The notes under the pieces are model-generated. The model was given only the letters and a program-made list of their open reading frames with translations. It had not been told where the DNA came from and made no database searches. The translations under genes were made by a program, and so were the position numbers. A stretch of DNA of 64,000 bases from an uncultured Nitrosopumilaceae archaeon (lineage in GTDB: Archaea > Thermoproteota > Nitrososphaeria > Nitrososphaerales > Nitrosopumilaceae). Below, piece after piece: positions 10,465 through 21,349 of the stretch (its first letter is position 1; each line of letters begins with the position of its first letter). The stretch is from positions 929 to 64,928 of the forward strand of contig CALNZF010000022.1 in the NCBI GenBank assembly GCA_942490965.1, in the 5' to 3' direction.

Positions 10465-11453
10465 AATGACACTCCCATCATAAATGCAGTAATTACAGCC
10501 AAAATTCCTGAAAATATTGCGAGTTTGAAAATTGCAAACCCTACTTGTTTTTCAGACATCGGCCCTCCTGCAAGAATCAATCTTACCAGAGTTACAGGTG
10601 CTTTTTTGTCATCAGTTGCCTTTAGTCTAAAATCTTCAGTATGCTCTACAGGTTTTCCCTTGACTTGTCTATGCTCTACAACACGTTTTACACTAGATAG
10701 GAACAAAAATGAATTAATCACTGCTGGTAAAAGAGCAATTGCTGCAATAATTTCAACGCCACCTACAATTGCAATTGCCCCATACATTGCACCCAGTGTC
10801 AATGCTCCAGAATCTCCAGGAAAAATTTTGCTTGGAATTTTATGATATTTGTAAAATGCCAAGGAGACAAACCCAAGCGGTAAACTCACAATTGCAATCT
10901 CATAGTTTTGTACGATAAATAAACAGATAGACAATGAGAAACTGGCAATGACCATAAATCCACTTGCAACACCATTTAGAACATCAATAGAGTTGATTGT
11001 ATTTCCAGTAATAGGTATCATGAATATGATTAATGCAAGGTATAGTGCAGGAATTTGTACTGTCCCAAATAATGGAAAGGCAAGATCAGAATCATATGTG
11101 CCAAGTACAATAATAGGAATTGCAGCAAGTGCAAGTGCAAGTGGTTTAAACCACCCACCCATTACTTTTCGATCATCAACGTATCCGATAACACATGCAG
11201 CAGATGTAGTAATCAGTATGGCAAGAATTTCATTCATTTGTAAAAAGGCATAGAGAACTAGTTCTGATGCAATAATTCCTGCAAGAATAACAGGACCTCC
11301 AGGTCTTACTACCATAACATCTTCTTTTTTGTTCATGTCTTTTACTGCAAAATTTCTTTTTTCTAAAATTTTGATTAATGGCGGAGTCATTACAAACACA
11401 ATTGCAAATGCAATGATGCAAGAGATTATAGCTGGAATCAATAAATCAATCAA
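10461..11453 (-). CDS. MraY/GPT family polyprenol-phosphate GlcNAc-1-phosphate transferase (AglH-like)
   Basis: GYVDD, NSIDVLNG, IFPGDSG motifs; multi-TM. Confidence 0.88.
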   Translation of the reverse strand: MIDLLIPAIISCIIAFAIVFVMTPPLIKILEKRNFAVKDMNKKEDVMVVRPGGPVILAGIIASELVLYAFLQMNEILAILITTSAACVIGYVDDRKVMGGWFKPLALALAAIPIIVLGTYDSDLAFPLFGTVQIPALYLALIIFMIPITGNTINSIDVLNGVASGFMVIASFSLSICLFIVQNYEIAIVSLPLGFVSLAFYKYHKIPSKIFPGDSGALTLGAMYGAIAIVGGVEIIAAIALLPAVINSFLFLSSVKRVVEHRQVKGKPVEHTEDFRLKATDDKKAPVTLVRLILAGGPMSEKQVGFAIFKLAIFSGILAVITAFMMGVSF

Positions 11454-13580
11454 TTATCTTACCTTTCGTAACTCTGCCTTTATGTTATCCGCAATGGTTG
11501 AACCAATTTTATCAATCTCTGCCAATTTATTCACAGGAATTTCCCTCAAATCATCCAGATTCTTTATACCGTGTTTGAATAGAATTCGTGCTCTAACCCT
11601 TCCAATTCCTTTGACCTTAACTAAATCAAGTAATTCCTCTCTAATTCCATAAACTATTCTTTTTCTCAAATCATCTAGTTCTTCAAGCAAATCTACCCTC
11701 TCCACATGCTTGGAAATTTCTCTAAGACAATAAGATAACCAATTGCCATTTTCAGTCATCCTATGCATATCTCCAGACTCGATTCCAAGGCTATCTGAGA
11801 GGGATAATTCAGTTGATTCTGTAATCCAAGATTGTAATGCCAAAAGGCTTCTAGAGCAGTCATACTCTGAGATTGGCTCCAGTAATTGTGATGAATTGTT
11901 CTCTATCATCAAACTTGCACTTTCATAATCTTTTTGTCGAAGTGAAAATTTTGGAAAAAATTCTTCACAGTTTGTAATTAAATGTAAAAATCCAAAAGTA
12001 TGTTTTCTTTCTTGAGAAACGTTTTCAATGGAATCTCTAAAGTATGTTGCAGTTAAGGGATCAATATACAACATTGATGTCTTTTTTCCAAATTCAGTAG
12101 CAGCATATCTTTCACCTTTTTTAATAATCAAGAACTTGCTTGAAAGGAATCGTAATGAAATATCTATTGCAAACTTTATTGTTGGTTTTCTTGACTGCAA
12201 TCCACCCAACGTTTGCAAAAAGAATTCCAGAATTTCTTCTTTTTTAATTCCAGGATGTGTAACTATAACACTTAGAATATGAGTTCGCAAAGACTTGTCG
12301 TCTGTAATTTTTGACACAATTGCTTCAGGTTCGCCATATATGTAATACTCAATAAGATCTTCAGTATTTCCATTTCCAACAATAATTGATTCCCCATAAT
12401 CGTCGTATTGTGGTCTACCAGCTCTTCCACAAAGTTGCTTGTATTCTAAAATACTAATCGGTCTGTTTGCGCCAACTTTGGCATTATACCTGTTGATATT
12501 AGATATTACAACTCGTCTTGCAGGAAGATTAACACCTGCAGCTAAAGTTGGAGTAGACGATAATAATTTGATCGTACCTTTACGAAATTCTTCCTCTATT
12601 GTTTCTCTACACTTTTGGTTTAGTCCTGCATGATGAAATGCAACTCCTTTTTTTACCAGTAAGGCAAGTGTCTTGACCAGTTCAGTATGTTCATTTTCTG
12701 ATAAAAGTTTTTTTGAAGTTTTTTCTAATTCAGAAATTTCTTTTTTTTCTAATATCTGAAATATTGCATCAGCTGCTTTTGTTGCAAGTGATTTTGAACG
12801 AGCCCTAGTCTCTGCAAAAACTAGAGATTGGCCCCCTTGATGTACTGATTGCACGCCTAAATCAATTGGTGTTCCCATCAAACTACGCTCAACTTCAAAG
12901 GTTTTGCCATCACTCATTGTAACATGACCTCCATCACAAACCCCTTCAGAGAGAGGCACAGGTCGCCAGTCATTTTTTACCAAGGTACATTCAAGCCAAT
13001 CTGCAATCTCATCAGAATTTGTAATTGTTGCACTAAGACCAACAATCTGAGGATTTGATTCCAACAGTTTGAGTTGTGTGAGAATCATTTCAAGTGTTGG
13101 ACCTCTACTTTCATCTCCAATCAAATGAACTTCATCAGAAATCACTAGTCCAATTTCATCAATCCATTCAGCACTATGTCTGATTATAGAATCCATTTTT
13201 TCATTTGTTAAAATTAACAGATTGCTGTTCTCCAAATTTTTTTCAATATTTTCAAAATCGCCAGTAGATATTGCAACCTTTACTTTGTTTCCCAAAGCAA
13301 CTTTTTCTAATTTTTTAAATTCTGTAAACTTTTCAGCAGCCAATGCACGCAATGGACTAAGATAGATCACCTTTCCTTTGTTCTTAGATAAATAACTCAT
13401 TATTGCAAGCATTGCAATCAACGTTTTGCCACTTGCGGTAGGGGCAGATACTAGAATGCTTTTTCCATCTAGTAATCCAGACTTTACACTATCAGATTGC
13501 GGAGGATATAATTTTGTATAACCTTGGGATTTTAGGAATTCAATTGCAGTATCAGGAAGTTTTAGTTTATCTACATTCAT
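11454..13580 (-). CDS. hel308: Ski2-like helicase Hel308/Hjm
   Basis: APTASGKT, DEVH, SAT, FHHAGL, GVNLPA, GRAGRP; C-terminal HhH. Confidence 0.93.
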   Translation of the reverse strand: MNVDKLKLPDTAIEFLKSQGYTKLYPPQSDSVKSGLLDGKSILVSAPTASGKTLIAMLAIMSYLSKNKGKVIYLSPLRALAAEKFTEFKKLEKVALGNKVKVAISTGDFENIEKNLENSNLLILTNEKMDSIIRHSAEWIDEIGLVISDEVHLIGDESRGPTLEMILTQLKLLESNPQIVGLSATITNSDEIADWLECTLVKNDWRPVPLSEGVCDGGHVTMSDGKTFEVERSLMGTPIDLGVQSVHQGGQSLVFAETRARSKSLATKAADAIFQILEKKEISELEKTSKKLLSENEHTELVKTLALLVKKGVAFHHAGLNQKCRETIEEEFRKGTIKLLSSTPTLAAGVNLPARRVVISNINRYNAKVGANRPISILEYKQLCGRAGRPQYDDYGESIIVGNGNTEDLIEYYIYGEPEAIVSKITDDKSLRTHILSVIVTHPGIKKEEILEFFLQTLGGLQSRKPTIKFAIDISLRFLSSKFLIIKKGERYAATEFGKKTSMLYIDPLTATYFRDSIENVSQERKHTFGFLHLITNCEEFFPKFSLRQKDYESASLMIENNSSQLLEPISEYDCSRSLLALQSWITESTELSLSDSLGIESGDMHRMTENGNWLSYCLREISKHVERVDLLEELDDLRKRIVYGIREELLDLVKVKGIGRVRARILFKHGIKNLDDLREIPVNKLAEIDKIGSTIADNIKAELRKVR

Positions 13581-15664
13581 ACTCGGTTATAGTGACCGGG
13601 TTTTGATTCATAAATAGATGCTTCTCTGAGCATTCTTCGGATATAGTTTCTTGCCTCTTCTTCGGTGAATTTTTCACTCTTTTCTAGTTCTTTGACAAAT
13701 ACCTTCTCTTCAACTGGAACCTTGTTGTCACCTTCAAGACCTTTGAGTACATCCATGAACAATTGCATCTTTGAGACTTCACTTCTCGGCCTACCTTGTA
13801 ACACGCCAAGATCAACTTTACCAGTATTAACATCGACTCCTGCATCTTGTAGCATGCTCTGAATTAGGAAGATTGCACGCTCAGCATCTTCTTCCTCTAC
13901 CTTGTCTTTCATGAGTAATCTTGCTCTAGCAGTTGAGAGTCGGATTATTCCCTCTAATTGTCTAGGAGTGACTGTAATCATTTCTTCTGATTCTACATTT
14001 CTCATCTGCAGATAGTAATCGAGGATTTTAGCTTCGGCCTCTGGTGTTAATTCTGGTACACCACGTTTCGCATATGAGAGGTATTTTGTTAGTAAATCAA
14101 CTTCGATGACAGATTTTTTGTCTGTACCTTGTGTTGTATTTCTTCGAATAATGTGTTTTGCAATCTGCATATCTCTTTCTTTAGTTGGGATATCTCTAAC
14201 TACAAAGATCAAGTCAAATCTTGTAAGCAATGGAATTGGTAAATTGACATTTTCTGTAATATTTTTGAAAGGATCATATTTTCCATACATCGGGTTTGCT
14301 GCAGCTAAAATTGAAGTTCTTGCGTTTAGTGTAGCTACAATACCACCCTTTGCAATACTGGCAGACTGTTGTTCCATAACTTCGTGCAATGCACTTCTGT
14401 CTTCGGGTTTCATCTTATCAAATTCGTCTATACTTACAAGGCCTTGATCACCTAACACTACTGCCCCAGCTTCTAGCATCATGATTCCTGTCTTGTCTCT
14501 AACTACAGCAGCAGTAAGACCAGCAGCTGTGGAACCTCTACCAGAAGTGTACAAACCTCTTGGTGCAATTCTTGCACAAAACTTTAGCATTTCAGATTTT
14601 GCAGTACCAGGATCTCCAACTAGAAATACGTTAATGTCTCCTCTAATTTTACTTCCATCACCAAGTAATCTTTGGTTGGAGCCGACAATCAGTAACAAAA
14701 TAGCTTCTTTGATTAACGATTGGCCTTGAATATGCGGAGCAAATGAATCAATTAATCTTTGATAAACATCAGAGCTTTGGCTAAGTGATTTGATTAGTTT
14801 TTCTTCTTCAGGTGAAATTTCTTCTCTGCCGATTTTTCTATCAGTCTTAGAACCACGTCCACTCAAAAATTCGATATTGTTTCCTTCAATTCTTAATCGG
14901 TACAATCCACTGTGGCCTCTCTGAACACCTGCAATTGATTCTTGTTCAACTCTTACTACACCAGTGAGGATAATTCTATCTCCAGGTCTTGAATTATCTA
15001 CCAAATCCTGTCTAATTGTGACATCGATATAATGAGGAAGTTGTCCAGGTGGCAAATCTTCAGGAAGTTCTTGCAATCTAAGTATTTGAAAATCGATAAA
15101 CTTGCTAGCTTCAGGATTTAACTCAAAGTCTCTGTGTTTGCAACTTGGATTATCACAAACTATTGGCATTTTAACATCCATGCCCTTTAGTTGAATTATC
15201 TTTGTCTGATGCTCATCAGGACACATGAAGATTAGTTCTTTTGCAAGTGGTTTTACTTCAGATGCTCTTACCACCATTCCTGAAACACTTGTGATTTTTC
15301 CAATAGTTTCAGCAGTGATCTGTCTTAGACTTCGCTCTAATGGGAAATTGACTAACCTTACACGAACTTCATCTTTAATTTTTTCTGCATATTCTGGAAA
15401 TCTTGTTTGTAGTGCTTCTTTGATTGCTCTTCCAAATGCATCAAATAGTCTATCAGGACTTTTGGAGAATATTACTTCAATTTGTGGCTCTACTACCAAA
15501 TCATTGTAATCAACGATAATGTATTTTGCATTTTTTGGCATCATCTCGTCGATTGCATCTACATACTTGTAGTTGCCATCCCTATCCTTGAATCGAGTTA
15601 AGAATTCTTTTACTTTATCTGATAAAGCAGAATCAGTAAATGTGCTAGTTTGAGCTGCGCTCAT
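13577..15664 (-). CDS. mcm: Replicative helicase MCM
   Basis: GDPGTAKSE Walker A, IDEFDKM, AAANP, TRFDL; no intein. Confidence 0.98.
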   Translation of the reverse strand: MSAAQTSTFTDSALSDKVKEFLTRFKDRDGNYKYVDAIDEMMPKNAKYIIVDYNDLVVEPQIEVIFSKSPDRLFDAFGRAIKEALQTRFPEYAEKIKDEVRVRLVNFPLERSLRQITAETIGKITSVSGMVVRASEVKPLAKELIFMCPDEHQTKIIQLKGMDVKMPIVCDNPSCKHRDFELNPEASKFIDFQILRLQELPEDLPPGQLPHYIDVTIRQDLVDNSRPGDRIILTGVVRVEQESIAGVQRGHSGLYRLRIEGNNIEFLSGRGSKTDRKIGREEISPEEEKLIKSLSQSSDVYQRLIDSFAPHIQGQSLIKEAILLLIVGSNQRLLGDGSKIRGDINVFLVGDPGTAKSEMLKFCARIAPRGLYTSGRGSTAAGLTAAVVRDKTGIMMLEAGAVVLGDQGLVSIDEFDKMKPEDRSALHEVMEQQSASIAKGGIVATLNARTSILAAANPMYGKYDPFKNITENVNLPIPLLTRFDLIFVVRDIPTKERDMQIAKHIIRRNTTQGTDKKSVIEVDLLTKYLSYAKRGVPELTPEAEAKILDYYLQMRNVESEEMITVTPRQLEGIIRLSTARARLLMKDKVEEEDAERAIFLIQSMLQDAGVDVNTGKVDLGVLQGRPRSEVSKMQLFMDVLKGLEGDNKVPVEEKVFVKELEKSEKFTEEEARNYIRRMLREASIYESKPGHYNRV

Positions 15665-16175
15665 TTTTTTCTCCTCTTATCTGTTTTTCAAACTCTACAC
15701 TGTTATCATGAATTGTTTTGTAAAATACATTCTCCTCAACAGTTAGTTTGTTGTATAGTTCTGAATTTAGTTTGATAGAATCAGCAATCTTTACCAACTT
15801 GCCTCGTCTCATTCTAAATAATTCTAACATCATACTTTCAACTTTATCAAAATCATCGCGGTTTAGTTCATTCATGGATTCTTTTAGCTTGATGTAAAAA
15901 TGAGGATCAAGTGTTGAGATTTGATATTCACCAACCATTTTTTCTTTTGAGAGTGCTTGCTTTAGTTGCGTAATCATATCTGGGGAATTCAAAGTTGCTA
16001 TTTTATTCTCTGAGAGGATTTTTCCTATCCATTGAGGCATGTTGTTTGTATCACCTTGAGTTCCCTCGATTTTCATACCTGCGACATTATACTTGAAATC
16101 TTGATTAATCGTAACTTTAGCATCCTTTAGGCGATATCCAATTGAATGTACTTTTTCTACTTTATCTATTTCCAT
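15645..16175 (-). CDS. GINS complex subunit (Gins23-like)
   Basis: Immediately upstream of mcm as in other archaea; LDPHFY and RRGKL...LTVEE motifs. Confidence 0.8.
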   Translation of the reverse strand: MEIDKVEKVHSIGYRLKDAKVTINQDFKYNVAGMKIEGTQGDTNNMPQWIGKILSENKIATLNSPDMITQLKQALSKEKMVGEYQISTLDPHFYIKLKESMNELNRDDFDKVESMMLELFRMRRGKLVKIADSIKLNSELYNKLTVEENVFYKTIHDNSVEFEKQIRGEKNERSSN

Positions 16176-16365
16176 TTAAGATCACTTTTTCTGATTTAGA
16201 CCCACAAGTATCGGATCGATCAATTCTGTTAACAATTTAGTGAGATCAATTGATCCTAATTAATTCCAGGCTGATCGTATCTAATTATGCCTGTTTTGAT
16301 TTTAAGATGAGGCATATGATAATAACCAATTCGGATTTATTAATGGGATTTAGTCTTCGATACTC

Positions 16366-17316
16366 ATGACTGCAACTGGAATGTGGGTTGAAAAGTATCG
16401 ACCAATGAAACTCTCTGAAATTGTAAACCAAACTGAAATCATTGGCAGTCTGGAAGCTTTAATCAAAGATCCAACAGATATGCCACACTTGATGTTTTCA
16501 GGTTCTGCAGGTGTTGGAAAGACAACTGCTGCATTGTGTATTGCAAGACAAATTCTAGGAGAATACGCTAGAGACTACACACTAGAGCTAAACGCATCTG
16601 ATGAGAGAGGAATAGGAATGGTTAGAGAGAAAGTAAAGAAATTCTCAAGATTTGCAGGAATGGCCGAAGTCCCATTCAAAATTATCATTTTAGATGAAGC
16701 GGACGAGATGACAAATGATGCTCAGACTGCATTGAGACGAATTATAGAGGATACAGCTAAAATATGCAGATTTATTTTCATAGCTAATAATATTTCAAAA
16801 ATTATAGATCCTATTCAGAGTAGATGCGCTACCTTCAAATTTACATCAATTCCTGAAGATGACATTATTGGCAGATTAGAAGAGATTGCCAAAAAAGAAA
16901 AAGTGAAAACTGACAAAAAAGGACTCAAAGCAATTTATGATTATTCTGAAGGAGATTTGAGACATGCAATTAATCTAATGCAGGCAACTGCCAGTATTGG
17001 AGATATTACAGAAGAGAATGTAAAATCTTCAGCAGGATTGACAAAAACCAGCGATGTTGATGTAGTTCTAAAAATGGCACTTGCAGGAAAAGTTCTAGAA
17101 GCCAGAGAAAAAATGATTGAGCTAATCAAAGTTTATGGAATGTCAGAATCTGATTTTCTAAAATATATCAACTCTGCAGTGTTCAAATCAAAACATGAAA
17201 AATTAGCAGACATTTTAGAAATAATTGCAAAGTATGATTATAGAGTACTAGTTGGAGCAAATTCTGAGATTCAATTATCTGCAATGTTAGCAGAACTAGC
17301 TAAAGTAGAAAATTAA
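16366..17316 (+). CDS. rfcS: Replication factor C small subunit
   Basis: WVEKYRP, GVGKTT, ELNASDERG, ILDEAD, IQSRC. Confidence 0.96.
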   Translation: MTATGMWVEKYRPMKLSEIVNQTEIIGSLEALIKDPTDMPHLMFSGSAGVGKTTAALCIARQILGEYARDYTLELNASDERGIGMVREKVKKFSRFAGMAEVPFKIIILDEADEMTNDAQTALRRIIEDTAKICRFIFIANNISKIIDPIQSRCATFKFTSIPEDDIIGRLEEIAKKEKVKTDKKGLKAIYDYSEGDLRHAINLMQATASIGDITEENVKSSAGLTKTSDVDVVLKMALAGKVLEAREKMIELIKVYGMSESDFLKYINSAVFKSKHEKLADILEIIAKYDYRVLVGANSEIQLSAMLAELAKVEN

Positions 17317-17319
17317 AAA

Positions 17320-17403
17320 CGCAGAGAGAGGGATTTGAACCCCCGTATGCTTGCGCACACAGGCTCTCAAGGCCCGCGCCCTACCGAGCTAGGCGACCTC
17401 TGC
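17320..17403 (-). tRNA. tRNA-Ser(TGA)
   Basis: Reverse complement GCAGAGG...CGGGC-CT-TGA-GA-GCCTG, long variable arm, GGTTCAAATCC. Confidence 0.95.
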
Positions 17404-17478
17404 AAAAAATCTTGAACAATAGAGGTTAAAATCTGTTGATGTAAAATAGAAAAATAAGAAAAAAGAAAAAGTTTCTTT

Positions 17479-18027
17479 TTAATCGTGTGCGTGAGGATTT
17501 TCAGATCCGGATTTCATAAGTACATATGTTCCGGCTGCTTTCTCGTGCCATTCTTGGTTAGCTGATTCAATCAGAATAGCTCCTTCAGGACAGATTTCTT
17601 GACAAGCCATACAAACAGTGCAATCGTGTTCTCTGATTGGTTGTGATTTGTCTGTATAATCTAATCTTTCGTCTTGTTCTGTCTTGCCAGTACCATCAAA
17701 AGTTTCTCCCAAGCATTTTTCTGCTGGAATATCTTTTTCGGTTCTGTACCATTGGAATGTTTGTACTGGACATACACTCATGCATGCGCCAGCTGCAACA
17801 CAGGAATCCCAATCGACTGCAACAGAAGTACCATGAATTCCTAGAGGAACTTGTTTTTCTCCTCTTGCTTCATAGGCTGCTTTTACATCTTCGTTTGAGA
17901 ATGCTGCACCATCAGTTCTTCCATCACCCCAAATGTAGTGGAAATTCTCACCATCAGAATGGCTAGTTTTTCCTTTTGGTTTAACATCGTTGTGACAAAA
18001 GTCTTCAGGTATTTGTAGATCTACCAT
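17479..18027 (-). CDS. Dicluster Fe-S ferredoxin (zinc-containing-ferredoxin-like N-terminal extension)
   Basis: CVAAGACMSVCP and CTVCMACQEICP motifs. Confidence 0.9.
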   Translation of the reverse strand: MVDLQIPEDFCHNDVKPKGKTSHSDGENFHYIWGDGRTDGAAFSNEDVKAAYEARGEKQVPLGIHGTSVAVDWDSCVAAGACMSVCPVQTFQWYRTEKDIPAEKCLGETFDGTGKTEQDERLDYTDKSQPIREHDCTVCMACQEICPEGAILIESANQEWHEKAAGTYVLMKSGSENPHAHD

Positions 18028-18046
18028 GAGAAATAATATTTCTAAA

Positions 18047-18065
18047 TATTATTTAAATCTAGATA
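18047..18065 (-). promoter_or_regulatory. Conserved promoter of ferredoxin 17479-18027
   Basis: TATCTAGATTTAAATAATA (minus strand); 18/19 identical to 18665-18683 and at the same distance from the ATG. Confidence 0.7.
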
Positions 18066-18135
18066 AAATTAGTTGGGACTAAATTCAAAAAAAAGATTAT
18101 AAAAATCAAAAATTTCTATGTTTTAGATAGCGATA

Positions 18136-18663
<528 letters not shown>

Positions 18664-18664
18664 T

Positions 18665-18683
18665 TATTATTTAAAGCTAGATA
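18665..18683 (-). promoter_or_regulatory. Conserved promoter of ferredoxin 18136-18645
   Basis: TATCTAGCTTTAAATAATA (minus strand), TATA-like TTTAAA. Confidence 0.7.
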
Positions 18684-18774
18684 GCTGTTTTACGAACACA
18701 TTTGTAAACTAGAGATCTGCTAGGAACGAAAAATTTCCTTACGTTCATAACGATCAACGATCAATACTCTGGAT

Positions 18775-19440
18775 ATGGATATTATCAAGTATGATGTGTA
18801 TAGGGGGCCAAACCTTGGAGTATACATTACTGTCAATGACAGTATTGGTCTAGTTCCAATGGGGTTTGCTCAAACCAAATCTGACAAGCTTGCAGAATAT
18901 CTAAACATAGAAATTCACAATACTGCAATTGCAAATACAAGATTAATTGGCGCATTGTCAGTTATGAACAATAAAGGAATCCTACTTCCAAATACTGCTT
19001 ATCAAAATGAATACGATTATCTAAAATCTGAAACAGATTTAGAAGTTGGAGTTTTAGATACTAAATTTAATGCACTTGGAAATGTAATCTGCGCCAATGA
19101 CAAAGGAGCAGTCGTATCACCTTGGTTATCAAAACAAGACTGTCAAACAATTTCAGATGTTTTGGGAGTGGAGGTAATTCAGAAAAAAATTGCAGGGTTT
19201 AACCAAACAGGAGTTGTTTTAGTTGCAAATGCAACTGGTGCTGCAATACATCCAGAAGCTGATGAGGAAGATATGAAGACCATATCCAATGTTCTAGGCG
19301 TAAAAATTGAGCAGAGTTCCATAAACAATGGAGTCCCATATGTCTCATCAGGGATTTTGGTAAATAATCACTGCGTGGTTGTAGGATCATTGACTAGCGG
19401 TCCTGAAATTATGATGTTAACTAGAGCTTTTCTAAATTAA
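18775..19440 (+). CDS. eif6: Translation initiation factor 6 (aIF6)
   Basis: PNLGVY, NALGNVICAND.GA, VGSLTSGPE. Confidence 0.93.
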   Translation: MDIIKYDVYRGPNLGVYITVNDSIGLVPMGFAQTKSDKLAEYLNIEIHNTAIANTRLIGALSVMNNKGILLPNTAYQNEYDYLKSETDLEVGVLDTKFNALGNVICANDKGAVVSPWLSKQDCQTISDVLGVEVIQKKIAGFNQTGVVLVANATGAAIHPEADEEDMKTISNVLGVKIEQSSINNGVPYVSSGILVNNHCVVVGSLTSGPEIMMLTRAFLN

Positions 19441-20704
19441 GAATAGATTTTGGGTCTTCAGTTAGTTTTTCTAAAGATATAGTTCCTTCAGTTCCGTTTA
19501 CCATATCTTTGAGAACTACATTTCCGTTTTCTAGCTCTTGGGGTCCAACTATAATTGCCAATCTAGCATTAGTTGCAATATCCATTTGCTTTTTCATGTT
19601 GCGTCCTGCCAAATCAATATCAGTTGGAATGTTGTTGAGTCTTAGTAATGATGTAATAGAATGAGCAACTTTTTGCATCTCTTCATTAATGTACAATACT
19701 GCAACTCTGTTTTGGTTTGTTGCAGGAATTATTTTTTGATCCTGCATTGTCAAGATGATTCTCTCAACACCACCTGCAACTCCTGTTGCACCAATGTCTT
19801 CTCTGTTGAATGCTTTAGTTAGTGTGTCATATCGTCCTCCACCTGCAAGTGCACCCAGAGTTGAATTTTTATCAAACACTTCAAAAACAATTCCCGAATA
19901 GTAATCTAGTCCTCTAACAATTCCAAAATTAATTCTAACATTTGAAACTCCCCGATTCTCCAGTGAATCAATTAATTGTTTTAGTTCATCCCATGATTCT
20001 AGCTGTGAGACATCGAATGTCTTTTCTACTTCTGCAATAGAGCCTTTAATTTGCGAAAATTCTAGAATTTTTTCTAATTTTTCAGTTGCATACCCCTTTT
20101 CTTGGAATTCATTTAAAATTTGGTCTTTTGATTTTTTTGAAATTTTATCTACTGCACGTAAAATATCAGCAACTATTTCTGGATCTTTTGAATCAAAGAT
20201 TTTGTTAATGTAAGACTCTACAAGGTTTCTGTGATTGATATCAATTGTAATATCCTTGAGCAATAGAGAATCAAATAATCTAGATGTAATTTCTATTATT
20301 TCAGCCTCTGATTCAAGACTAGCTTTGCCATAAACTTCAATATCCCATTGGTGAAAGTATCGGTATCTGCCTTTTTGTGGCTCATCATATCTAAACACAC
20401 CACCAAATGCTGAGATTTTGGCTGGAAGTTTCATTGATTTTTGGGATGCGGCATATCTTGTGAGTCCCATTGTAAAGTCAAAACGTAATGCTACTTCTCT
20501 GTCTCCCTTATCTTTGAAATAATAAATCTCATCTCTAATTCCAGGACCAGATTTTGTTTCTAGTGTAGATAATAGTTCTATTGGAGATGGATCCATAAAT
20601 GAAAATCCATACAAATTTGATAATTTCTTGAAATGATTCCTAATGTGTTCAATGTTGGCGTTCTCTTCACCCTCAAAGTCTTTCATTCCACGTGGTAATT
20701 CCAA
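19421..20704 (-). CDS. hisS: Histidine--tRNA ligase
   Basis: PRGMKDF, LRFDFT, FRYDEPQKGRYRYFHQ, RGLDYY, GGGRYD. Confidence 0.97.
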   Translation of the reverse strand: MELPRGMKDFEGEENANIEHIRNHFKKLSNLYGFSFMDPSPIELLSTLETKSGPGIRDEIYYFKDKGDREVALRFDFTMGLTRYAASQKSMKLPAKISAFGGVFRYDEPQKGRYRYFHQWDIEVYGKASLESEAEIIEITSRLFDSLLLKDITIDINHRNLVESYINKIFDSKDPEIVADILRAVDKISKKSKDQILNEFQEKGYATEKLEKILEFSQIKGSIAEVEKTFDVSQLESWDELKQLIDSLENRGVSNVRINFGIVRGLDYYSGIVFEVFDKNSTLGALAGGGRYDTLTKAFNREDIGATGVAGGVERIILTMQDQKIIPATNQNRVAVLYINEEMQKVAHSITSLLRLNNIPTDIDLAGRNMKKQMDIATNARLAIIVGPQELENGNVVLKDMVNGTEGTISLEKLTEDPKSILNLEKL

Positions 20705-20795
20705 GATGATTAGATGTCAGATGGTAGTGATTTAGATATTTCTGTGATAACTAGCAATAGGCATAAATGAATACAAAAAATTTGAAGAATACATC

Positions 20796-20900
20796 ATGAG
20801 AGTAACCGTAAAAGAAGGATGGAGTGAGAAAAGCAAGTATGCAATCATAGCAATGATTGGAAGTCTGGTTGCAATTATTGCAGTTGTAGTATTAGACTAG
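20796..20900 (+). CDS. Small single-TM protein (34 aa, MRVTVKEGWSEKSKYAIIAMIGSLVAIIAVVVLD)
   Basis: Hand-translated; fills an intergenic gap; hydrophobic C-terminal half. Confidence 0.55.
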   Translation: MRVTVKEGWSEKSKYAIIAMIGSLVAIIAVVVLD

Positions 20901-21295
20901 TTTCTTTTTGGAGAAAATACAGATAGCCAATAATGCATTATTTTTCTATTCAAATCCATAAAGGTATCAGCATTATCATTCCATGTCTTTGCACTGTTCT
21001 TGACTGATTCAACATTAGAGATTGTGAGTTTGTTGTATATCGAGCGAAATTTCAAAGCCTCATCGCTCATATTTTCTACAAGATCTTGTGCAGATTTTGG
21101 AAAACTAAATCCCATATCAGACAAGAATTCTTTGTATAATGATGTGTTTGATGTGATTGCATTTCTCCATGTCTTATAAAATTCATTTTGTAAATCAAAT
21201 AGTGTTTGTTGAATGTGTGGAACCGAAACTTCTAGTTCTGTGAAATACTTGTTGTTTAGTTTGTCTAGAATTTCAAAATCTTTATTTTCACTCAT
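20897..21295 (-). CDS. Hypothetical protein (helical)
   Basis: 132 aa ORF with upstream TATA-like box. Confidence 0.7.
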   Translation of the reverse strand: MSENKDFEILDKLNNKYFTELEVSVPHIQQTLFDLQNEFYKTWRNAITSNTSLYKEFLSDMGFSFPKSAQDLVENMSDEALKFRSIYNKLTISNVESVKNSAKTWNDNADTFMDLNRKIMHYWLSVFSPKRN

Positions 21296-21349
21296 ATACT
21301 AACTGGAAAATTTATGGATTTAAGATTTTTGAAATAATTTGAGGCTGAT

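Noticed and set aside
16176-16365. Replication origin
   Set aside because: No ORB-like repeats with G-strings and no orc1/cdc6 gene nearby; only the GATC cluster is supported.
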